From an uncultured Gemmatimonadales bacterium (lineage in GTDB: Bacteria; Gemmatimonadota; Gemmatimonadetes; Longimicrobiales; RSA9), in assembly GCA_963783305.1 (NCBI GenBank), contig CAWAMW010000007.1, positions 64,001-128,000 on the forward strand: a DNA stretch of 64,000 nt. The letters are read 5' to 3'. Below the pieces are notes generated by a model, which worked only from the letters and a program-made list of their open reading frames with translations, was not told the DNA's origin and did not search any database. Each line of letters begins with the position of its first letter. Position 1 is the first letter of the stretch. Below are positions 56,871 to 64,000 of the stretch, piece by piece. A program made the position numbers and the translations under genes.

Positions 56871-59444
56871 ATGATCCGGCAGATTCGGCTGGCGACCCTG
56901 TTGTTCCTGGCGACCGGCAGCGCTGCGTGCGCCACCGCGGGCGCAGCCACTCCCACGCCCCAGGCGGGCCCCGGGAGTGACGCGTCCGCGAAGGTGAAGT
57001 CCGTGGACGAGGTGACAAAGGACAGTCGCCGTATCGACGGGCTCTTCACCCTGTTCCAGGACACCCTGACCGGATCGACGCACGTGCTGGTGCGGCCGGA
57101 GCAGTTGGGGCAGGAGTTCATCTACTGGGCGCACACCGTGGACGGCGTCGTGGATGCCGGTCATTTCCGGGGCGCGTTCGGGGACAACCGTGTGCTGGCG
57201 GTCGAGCGAGATTTCGACCAGATCCGGTTCGTGGTCCAGCCCACGCAGTTCCACTTCGAGGAAGGCCGCGCACTCAGCAGGGCCGCGGACGCGAACGTGA
57301 GCCCGGCTGTCCTGGCCACGGAGAAGATCGTGGCGCGTGACACCGCGACGGGGGCGCTCCTGATCGAGGGGGACGGGATCTTCCTCACGGAGGCGCTGGC
57401 GCAGGTGAAGCCCTCGCAGCGGCCGGGCCCCCAACAGGGCTTCTCCCTCGGACAGCTGAGCAAGGGGAAAACGCGGTACGCCGAGCTCCACAACTATCCG
57501 GAGAACACCGCGGTGGTGGTGGACTACGTGTACGACAACCCGTCGCCCACCGCGGGCGGCTCCGACGGCGTCACGGACCCGCGCAGCGTGCGCATCCGGC
57601 TCCAGCACACGCTGATCGCCATGCCCGACAACGACTACTCTCCCCGGTTCGAGGACCCGCGGGTGGGGTACTTCACCGATCGTCAGACCGACATGCTGTC
57701 GACCAGCGCCACCCCCTACCGCGACCTGGTGAACCGCTGGAACCTGGTGAAGAAGGACCCGTCCGCGGCGGTGTCGGAGCCGGTGGAGCCCATCGTGTGG
57801 TGGATCGAGAACACCACCCCCGAGGTGTTCCGGCCCACGATCCGCGAAGCGCTCCTGCACTGGAACAAGGCGTTCGAGGAAGCCGGGTTCAGGAACGCCA
57901 TCGAGGTGCGCGTCCAGCCGGATGACGCGGAGTGGGACGCGGGTGACATCCGCTATAACGTGCTGCGCTGGACGGCGTCGCCCAACCCGCCGTTCGGTGG
58001 CTACGGCCCCAGCTTCACGAACCCGCGGACGGGGCAGATCCTGGGCGCTGACATCATGCTCGAGTACACGTTCGTGACCAACCGACTCCCCCTGGACCGG
58101 CTGTTCGAGACCACGGCCCTGGGCCTGGTCGCGCCGTTCGACGCGGAGGCCGTCACGAGGGCCGAGGCCGCCGGGGCGTGCACCGCGGGCATCCACCTCC
58201 ACAACGCGGCCCTTTTTGGGCTCCAGTCGCTGCGGGCGGCGGGGGTGAGCGAGGAGGAGATGAGCGATTTCATCAAGCAGAGCATCCACTACCTGGTGCT
58301 CCACGAGGTCGGCCATACCCTAGGGCTCAACCACAACATGAAGGGGACGCAGCTCTGGTCGCCCGAAGAGGCCCACGACGCGCGGCGCACCGCGGAGGAG
58401 GGGCTGTACGCCTCCGTCATGGACTACCCGGCCGTGAACCTCGCCCGGGCGGGTCAGACGCAGGGCGAATACTGGATCTCCACCGTCGGTCCGTACGACC
58501 GCTGGGCGATCCGGTTCGGCTACGACCCGATCCTGGACGACGAGGCGGCCATGGCCTCGCTGCTGGCCGAGTCCACCGACCCACGCCACGTCTTCGGCAA
58601 CGACGCGGATGACATGCGGTCGCCCGGCAAGGCCATCGACCCGCGCGTCAACATCTACGACATGAGTACGGACGCCATCGGGTACGCGTCGTGGCTCATG
58701 GAGCACGCCCGCGGCCTGCAGGACGGGCTGCTCGACCGGTACTCGAAAAAGGGGGAGTCGTACCACCAGCTGCGCAACGCCTACATGCTCCTGACTGGAC
58801 AGCAGGCGACCGCTGCCGGTGTGATCAGCCGGTATATCGGCGGGGTCTACGTGGATCGTGGGATGCACGGCCAGCCGGGCGCCACTCAACCGTTCACGCC
58901 CGTGAGTCGCGCCGACCAGAAGCGCGCCATGGACGCCCTGGCCCGGAACCTGTTCGCGCCGGACGCGTGGAGCGCCGACCCGGAGCTGCTCGCGCACCTG
59001 GCCATGCAGCGCCGCGGCTTTGACTTCTTCGCGGGCACCGAAGACCCCAAGATCCACGACCGGGCGCTCAACGCCCAGCGCGCGGTTCTGAACCACGTCC
59101 TTCACCCCGTCGTCCTGAAGCGGATCACCGACTCGCGCCTCTACGGCAACGGGTATCCGCTGGCCGAGATGCTGTCGGATCTCACCGACGCCGCTTTCGC
59201 TACGGACCGCGCCACCAACGTCAACACGTTCAGGCAAAACCTCCAGGTGGAGTACGTGGACCGGCTGGCGGAGATCGCCGTCGAGAGCGAGGAGAACCGC
59301 TACGACTTCGTCGCGCGCGGCGCCGCGCTGGCCAACCTCCAGCGCATCGACCGCATGCTCGCGGGGAAGGGCGGCAACGCTGAGACGCGGGCACATACCG
59401 CGCACGTTCGGCACCTGATCGCCCGCGCGCTGGACACCGACTGA
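56871..59444 (+). CDS. Metzincin Zn metalloprotease lipoprotein (DUF5117/DUF4953-like)
   Basis: Lipobox SAAC, DPRVGYF, HEVGHTLGLNH, SVMDY Met-turn. Confidence 0.9.
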   Translation: MIRQIRLATLLFLATGSAACATAGAATPTPQAGPGSDASAKVKSVDEVTKDSRRIDGLFTLFQDTLTGSTHVLVRPEQLGQEFIYWAHTVDGVVDAGHFRGAFGDNRVLAVERDFDQIRFVVQPTQFHFEEGRALSRAADANVSPAVLATEKIVARDTATGALLIEGDGIFLTEALAQVKPSQRPGPQQGFSLGQLSKGKTRYAELHNYPENTAVVVDYVYDNPSPTAGGSDGVTDPRSVRIRLQHTLIAMPDNDYSPRFEDPRVGYFTDRQTDMLSTSATPYRDLVNRWNLVKKDPSAAVSEPVEPIVWWIENTTPEVFRPTIREALLHWNKAFEEAGFRNAIEVRVQPDDAEWDAGDIRYNVLRWTASPNPPFGGYGPSFTNPRTGQILGADIMLEYTFVTNRLPLDRLFETTALGLVAPFDAEAVTRAEAAGACTAGIHLHNAALFGLQSLRAAGVSEEEMSDFIKQSIHYLVLHEVGHTLGLNHNMKGTQLWSPEEAHDARRTAEEGLYASVMDYPAVNLARAGQTQGEYWISTVGPYDRWAIRFGYDPILDDEAAMASLLAESTDPRHVFGNDADDMRSPGKAIDPRVNIYDMSTDAIGYASWLMEHARGLQDGLLDRYSKKGESYHQLRNAYMLLTGQQATAAGVISRYIGGVYVDRGMHGQPGATQPFTPVSRADQKRAMDALARNLFAPDAWSADPELLAHLAMQRRGFDFFAGTEDPKIHDRALNAQRAVLNHVLHPVVLKRITDSRLYGNGYPLAEMLSDLTDAAFATDRATNVNTFRQNLQVEYVDRLAEIAVESEENRYDFVARGAALANLQRIDRMLAGKGGNAETRAHTAHVRHLIARALDTD

Positions 59445-59452
59445 TGTCGGGA

Positions 59453-59480
59453 CGGGGGGCCGGACACGGCCGGCCCCCCG
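59453..59480 (+). terminator. GC-rich hairpin after the protease gene
   Basis: 11-bp stem CGGGGGGCCGG/CCGGCCCCCCG; no U tract. Confidence 0.45.
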
Positions 59481-59496
59481 CATCCTGACCGAGATC

Positions 59497-59856
59497 ATGC
59501 GCATCTGGGATGTAGCCCCTGCCACGCTCTGCCGGAGCCACCTTCTGGGCGAGCACCGGGAGTTGCACGGGCTGTGGAACATCCTCACCCGGGACCTCCG
59601 CGGCTACCGCTCACATCCGGAGACGCGGCGATGGGTGGGAAAGCTCGCGGCGCTGTATGCCCGGCACGAGGAGCTGGTGGTGGAGATGGCCCGTCGTGGG
59701 TACCGGCACGCGTCGCCGCTGGATTCCGCGCTCGCCACCGGCTCGAGCACGCAGACGGAGTTCATTGATCCGGTGGAGCGCCAGCGCGAGATCCTGCGCG
59801 AGAAGCCCTGCGAGTGTCCCCTCGCACGGACCGGAGAGGACCCGCATGTCGGATGA
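59497..59856 (+). CDS. Pyrimidine dimer DNA glycosylase / T4 endonuclease V-like protein
   Basis: MRIW..L...HLLGEHRE, GYRSHP, EMARRGY. Confidence 0.8.
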   Translation: MRIWDVAPATLCRSHLLGEHRELHGLWNILTRDLRGYRSHPETRRWVGKLAALYARHEELVVEMARRGYRHASPLDSALATGSSTQTEFIDPVERQREILREKPCECPLARTGEDPHVG

Positions 59857-59955
59857 GAAGCTCGACCAGCGGCTGAGCCTGATCACGCTGGGCGTCGAGG
59901 AGCCGGCTTCCCCATCGGCGCCGATGGGACCACCGAGATCGGCGATCCGGCCTGA
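59846..59955 (+). pseudogene. Internally deleted VOC/glyoxalase family gene
   Basis: RBS plus MSDEKLDQRLSLITLGVE joined out of frame to GFPIGADGTTEIGDPA-stop. Confidence 0.7.
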
Positions 59956-60029
59956 TCGCACCCCCGGGCGTGCCGTGGGCGACGTCCTGAACCGTGCGTC
60001 CGCTCGGCGCGTCCTCTATCTTTGGAGCC

Positions 60030-60770
60030 ATGACGTCTGAGCCCAGCAGCCTCCGCGGTTTCCGCGACCAGACCATCGACGACCTCTGCCGCCGGTTCGC
60101 GGCCGATGAGCTGTCCATGGCCGACCTCGAGCGCCGACTCGAAAAGGCGCGGGCGGCGCGGACACGAGCGGAGCTGAGCGCTCTGCTCGACGACCTCCGG
60201 CCTGCGCAGCCTGCCGTCTCCAGCACCGCACCGTCCCGGCCGCCGGCGCGCGCGCGGAAACAGCCGCCCAGCCGGCCGGGCTCCATTCCCGAGGCCGCCA
60301 CCTCGGCGCGTTCTTCGGTCCCCCGTGGGGCCCCGCAGCTCCGGCAGGCGAGCAGCCTGGCGTTTGCAGTCATGGGCGGCACCCGCCGGGCGGGTCGCTG
60401 GGTTCCCCCGTCCACGATGTCCGCCGTGGCCATCATGGGAGGGGTCGAGCTGGATTTCCGCAACGCGGTCTTCACGGGCGGTGTGGTGGAGATCAACTGC
60501 TTCGCGTTCTGGGGCGGCGTGGAAATCATCGTGCCGCCCGACGTGCACGTAGACACCCACGGCTTCGCCGTCCTGGGGGGATTCGACCAGACGGCGGCGC
60601 TGGATACGGCCCCGGCTCCGGACGCACCCACGATCCGGATCAACGGGTTCGCGCTCATGGGCGCGGTGGAGGTGAAGGTGGCGGTGCGGGAGGCGAGTGA
60701 TGGTAGCAGGGGTCGGGGCGCTGGGGGCGCGCGACTCGAGCGTGGCAGGTCCTGGGGACTCGAGGGCTGA
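60030..60770 (+). CDS. DUF1707 (SHOCT-like) plus LiaF-like C-terminal domain protein
   Basis: RDQTIDDL..FA...L...LERRL..A..ARTRAEL..LLDDL; MGGVELDFR, GGVEIIVP. Confidence 0.82.
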   Translation: MTSEPSSLRGFRDQTIDDLCRRFAADELSMADLERRLEKARAARTRAELSALLDDLRPAQPAVSSTAPSRPPARARKQPPSRPGSIPEAATSARSSVPRGAPQLRQASSLAFAVMGGTRRAGRWVPPSTMSAVAIMGGVELDFRNAVFTGGVVEINCFAFWGGVEIIVPPDVHVDTHGFAVLGGFDQTAALDTAPAPDAPTIRINGFALMGAVEVKVAVREASDGSRGRGAGGARLERGRSWGLEG

Positions 60771-61753
60771 TGCGGGGATACTTTAAGGGCGCGCTTCTGC
60801 TGACGACTCTCCTGCTGGCGCCAGTGGCGGCCCCTGCCCAGGAGGCGCTCCTGCTGGTGGTCAACAAGAGCGAGAGCTCTCTCTCGCTGATAGCTCCGGC
60901 GACCGGGGAGGAGGTCGGCCGCGTGAGCACGGCCTTCGCACCGCACGAGGTGGCGGTGTCGCGGGACGGCCGCTGGGCCTACGTGACCGACTACGGTACG
61001 GGGCCGCGCCCCGGCCGCACCGTGACCGTCATCGACGTCCCGGGCCGGCGGGTGGCGCGCACGCTGGACCTGGGTCGTCATACCCGGCCGCATGGCGTCG
61101 CGGTGGCTCCGGATGGAACGCTCTGGATCACGACGGAGGGCACGGCCCACGCGCTCCGCGTGGACCCGGAGACTGGCGCGATCCTGACGGAGGCGGAGAC
61201 GGGCGAGCGGGTCACGCACATGGTGGTGGTCTCCACCTCGGCGAATCGGCTGTACACCGCCAACATCGGGAGTGGCACCGTCACGGCCCTGGACGGGGAG
61301 ACGGGCGCCGTGATGGCGCAGATCGAGACGGGAGCGGGGACCGAGGGTCTGGCGCTGTCGCCGGACGGCTGGAAGGTGTACGCGAGCAACCGTGAAGCAG
61401 GGACGTTGAGCGAGATCGATGTCGAGACGAACCAAGTCGCCCGGACCCTCGACGTGGGGGCGTTCCCTATCCGGGTCGAGGTGCTCCCGGACGGCCGGCG
61501 AGCGCTGGTCTCGAATGCGCAGGCGGACGAGCTGGCGGTGGTGGATCTCGAGAAGTGGCGCGTGGAGCGCAGGATCCCGGTGGGCGCAGTGCCGGTCGGC
61601 ATACAGATCGCGCCGGACGGGAAGAGGGCGTACGTAGCGAACACACAGGCGGACAGGGTGAGCGTTGTGGATCTGACGAGCTGGCAAGTGGTGGGAAGCA
61701 TCGTTGCAGGACGGGAGCCGGACGGAATGGCCTGGGTCGAGGGGGCGCAGTGA
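60770..61753 (+). CDS. Secreted YncE/YVTN beta-propeller protein
   Basis: Signal peptide; repeated SPDG..YV.N....VSVID blades. Confidence 0.85.
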   Translation: MRGYFKGALLLTTLLLAPVAAPAQEALLLVVNKSESSLSLIAPATGEEVGRVSTAFAPHEVAVSRDGRWAYVTDYGTGPRPGRTVTVIDVPGRRVARTLDLGRHTRPHGVAVAPDGTLWITTEGTAHALRVDPETGAILTEAETGERVTHMVVVSTSANRLYTANIGSGTVTALDGETGAVMAQIETGAGTEGLALSPDGWKVYASNREAGTLSEIDVETNQVARTLDVGAFPIRVEVLPDGRRALVSNAQADELAVVDLEKWRVERRIPVGAVPVGIQIAPDGKRAYVANTQADRVSVVDLTSWQVVGSIVAGREPDGMAWVEGAQ

Positions 61754-63210
61754 GCGAGGTACGGGTTCGATTCGCACCGTCGCCCACGGGCTATCTCCAT
61801 GTGGGTGGCGCCCGCACAGCGCTCTTCAACTGGCTGTACGCGCGGCGGCACGGCGGCACCTTCATCCTGCGGATCGAGGACACGGACCGTGAGCGCTCCA
61901 GCGACGCAATGGTGCAGGCGATCCTGGACGGGATGTCCTGGCTGGGCATGGCGGCGGACGAGGGGCCGGTGCACCAGGCGGACGGGTTGAAACGGCACCG
62001 TCGCGACGCCCTCCGTCTGCTCGAGGATGGGAAGGCCTATCGCTGCTTCTGTACACCGGAAGAGCTGGACACCAAGCGCACGGACGCGGAGGCGGGAGGG
62101 GGCGGATATCGCTACGACCGCCACTGTTCGCTCCATGTCCCGCCCGCGGAGGCGGAGCAGAGGGCGGCGGCGGGCGAGCCGTTCACCGTCCGGTTCAGGG
62201 TGCCGGAGGGGGAGACCGCATGGGACGACATCGTCCACGACCGAACGCGCTTCGACAACGCCGACATCGAGGACTTCATCATCCTCCGAACGGACGGCAC
62301 CCCCATCTACAACCTGGCGGTGGTCAGCGACGACCGGGAGATGCGGGTCAGCCACGTCATCCGGGGCGATGACCACCTGTCGAACACGCCCAAGCAGATC
62401 ATGCTGTACGAGGCGCTGGGGTGGGAAACGCCCGCCTTCGCCCACCTGCCCATGATCCTGGGGAGCGATGGCAGGCGGCTGAGCAAGCGCCACGGCGCCA
62501 CCGCGGTCGGACAGTACCGGGAGGAAGGGATCCTGTCCGGAGCCATGGTCAACTTCCTGGCGCTCCTCGGCTGGTCGCCCGGGGACGATACGGAGGTGAT
62601 GGACCTGCCGGAGCTGGTGGACCGCTTCGAGCTGGAGCGGGTGAACAAGAAGAGCGCCGTGTTCGATACCGAGAAGCTGGAATGGCTGAACGGTCAGCAT
62701 CTGAATCGGATGGCCCCCGAGTCGCTGGAGCCGCTGGTGACGGACCTGCTGGTTCGTCGGGGAGCCGCGAGCGCCGAGGCACTGGTCACTGACCGTGAGC
62801 GTTACCTTCGTGTGATCTCGCTGCTCCGCGACAGGGCGCGTACCGTGGACGACATCGCGGACCGCGCCAACCCCTACCTGACCGATCAGATCGAGTACGA
62901 CCCGGCGGCCGTCGAGAAGCACTGGTCGAAAAAGCCCGAGGAAGTGGTGGAGCGGCTGCGCAGCATGCGGGAGGCGTACGGAGAAGTCGAGCGTTGGGAG
63001 GAGGGGCTGCTGGAGGAGGTGCTTCGCGCCCTGGCGGTGGAACTGGATGTGGGAGCGGGGAAGCTGATCCACCCGCTCCGCGTCGCGGTGACCGGCCAGG
63101 CGGTGTCCCCCGGCATTTTCGAGGTGCTGGTGGCCATGGGGAGGGAGCGGACGCTGGCCCGCCTGGATGCCGCCATCGGTCGCATTCAGACCGAGACTCA
63201 CGTCGGTTGA
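61750..63210 (+). CDS. gltX: Glutamate-tRNA ligase
   Basis: RFAPSPTGYLHVGG, RIEDTD, IRGDDH, LSKR; GTGA overlap start. Confidence 0.96.
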   Translation: MSEVRVRFAPSPTGYLHVGGARTALFNWLYARRHGGTFILRIEDTDRERSSDAMVQAILDGMSWLGMAADEGPVHQADGLKRHRRDALRLLEDGKAYRCFCTPEELDTKRTDAEAGGGGYRYDRHCSLHVPPAEAEQRAAAGEPFTVRFRVPEGETAWDDIVHDRTRFDNADIEDFIILRTDGTPIYNLAVVSDDREMRVSHVIRGDDHLSNTPKQIMLYEALGWETPAFAHLPMILGSDGRRLSKRHGATAVGQYREEGILSGAMVNFLALLGWSPGDDTEVMDLPELVDRFELERVNKKSAVFDTEKLEWLNGQHLNRMAPESLEPLVTDLLVRRGAASAEALVTDRERYLRVISLLRDRARTVDDIADRANPYLTDQIEYDPAAVEKHWSKKPEEVVERLRSMREAYGEVERWEEGLLEEVLRALAVELDVGAGKLIHPLRVAVTGQAVSPGIFEVLVAMGRERTLARLDAAIGRIQTETHVG

Positions 63211-63235
63211 CACGGCACCGGGCCGCCTTTACCCT
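63207..63235 (+). promoter_or_regulatory. Sigma70 promoter for tRNA-Gln and lexA-like gene
   Basis: TTGACA-N17-TACCCT overlapping the gltX stop codon. Confidence 0.7.
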
Positions 63236-63273
63236 GCCACGTGTGCGGGTCGCTGTTCGGCCGCTCGCCCGAA

Positions 63274-63346
63274 TGCCCCTTGGTGTAACTGGCAACACGT
63301 CTGATTCTGGATCAGAAGAGTCCTGGTTCGAGCCCAGGAGGGGCAA
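63274..63346 (+). tRNA. tRNA-Gln(CTG); CCA not encoded
   Basis: Acceptor TGCCCCT/AGGGGCA, anticodon stem TCTGA/TCAGA with CTG at 63307-63309, GGTTCGAGCC T-arm. Confidence 0.96.
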
Positions 63347-63348
63347 CT

Positions 63349-64000
63349 ATGCCTAATCCGCTGACGGACCTCGAACGGGATGTCCTCGACTACCTCGTCG
63401 ATTACGTCCGTACGAACACCTACCAGCCCTCGATCCGTGAGATTGGGGGCGAGTTCGGCATCAAGAGCACCAAGACCGTCTCGGAGGTGCTCCAGTCGCT
63501 GGCCGACAAGGGCTGGATCGAACGCAACTCCTCGCGCTCGCGCGGTGTTCGCCTCCTGGGCCTCGAACTGGGCGCCGACGTGGTGTCCGTCCCGCACATC
63601 GACGTCCACCTGAGCGATCCATCCCTCGACGAGCCCATCGACAGCCTCACGCTGGATCGGCGGATCGCAGGGTCGGCCGGCAGCTTCTTCGTGAGCATGG
63701 TCGGCGACGCGATGCGCGAGGAGGGGATCCGGGATGGCGACCTGGTGCTCGTGGAGCCGCTCCCGGAGGTGGCCCTCATCGACGGCGACCTGGTGCTCTG
63801 CAGGCTGGACGGAGAGGCCACCGTCCGGCGGCTGCGTCGACAGGACGGCCGCGTCCTGCTCGAGGCCGGCCGTCTCGCGCAGACGTCCGCGATGGTCGAC
63901 CCGCGGGGGTCCAACCACGTCCTCGGGCGCGTAGCCGCGGTGGTCCGGAGACTCCGCACCGACCGGCCGATGGGGCAGATGGCCACCGAGCCGCTGGACG
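63349..64000 (+). CDS. LexA-like repressor with degenerate S24 domain (runs off the window; not in ORF track)
   Basis: MPNPLTDLERDVLDYL..YQPSIREIG..FGIKS..TV..L..LADKGWIER...SRG; GDAM, GIRDGDLVLV, EATVRR. Confidence 0.88.
   Translation, partial: MPNPLTDLERDVLDYLVDYVRTNTYQPSIREIGGEFGIKSTKTVSEVLQSLADKGWIERNSSRSRGVRLLGLELGADVVSVPHIDVHLSDPSLDEPIDSLTLDRRIAGSAGSFFVSMVGDAMREEGIRDGDLVLVEPLPEVALIDGDLVLCRLDGEATVRRLRRQDGRVLLEAGRLAQTSAMVDPRGSNHVLGRVAAVVRRLRTDRPMGQMATEPLD

Noticed and set aside
63274..64000. Prophage or ICE integrated at tRNA-Gln with its own repressor
   Set aside because: No integrase, att duplication or compositional shift visible; sequence beyond the window is needed to exclude it fully

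Overview
GC-rich (roughly 70% by eye) bacterial chromosomal window with about 45 genes and one tRNA. I saw no IS element, prophage or CRISPR array. Gene content suggests Gemmatimonadota (inference only). In order: pepD; an orphan sensor kinase; a cytoplasmic three-gene operon (class A beta-lactamase-fold serine hydrolase, M15 Zn peptidase, PafA/Dop-like carboxylate-amine ligase); sahR-ahcY; GT4 glycosyltransferase; MurU-like nucleotidyltransferase; several oxidoreductases; osmC; PAP2; M1 aminopeptidase; K+ channel; a sigma54 two-component system next to a permease-less TolC-MFP-2xATPase exporter; a fused HybA-HybB redox module with unannotated small proteins and a Cys4-tailed MarR; MFS, OsmC-fusion and TSUP genes; ung; MscS; ENPP; NfeD-flotillin; a dual-RND efflux operon with a metzincin lipoprotein; a T4-PDG-like glycosylase; gltX; tRNA-Gln(CTG); and a LexA-like gene. 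Strongest candidates for undescribed biology: (1) the ligase/peptidase operon with no Pup or proteasome genes nearby; (2) the orphan HybAB fusion with its Cys-rich MarR and micro-proteins; (3) a catalytically dead LexA paralog whose ribosome-binding site lies inside the tRNA-Gln 3' stems; (4) a ~260-nt intergenic rod-like foldback. All family calls come from motif recognition by eye; no searches were run.
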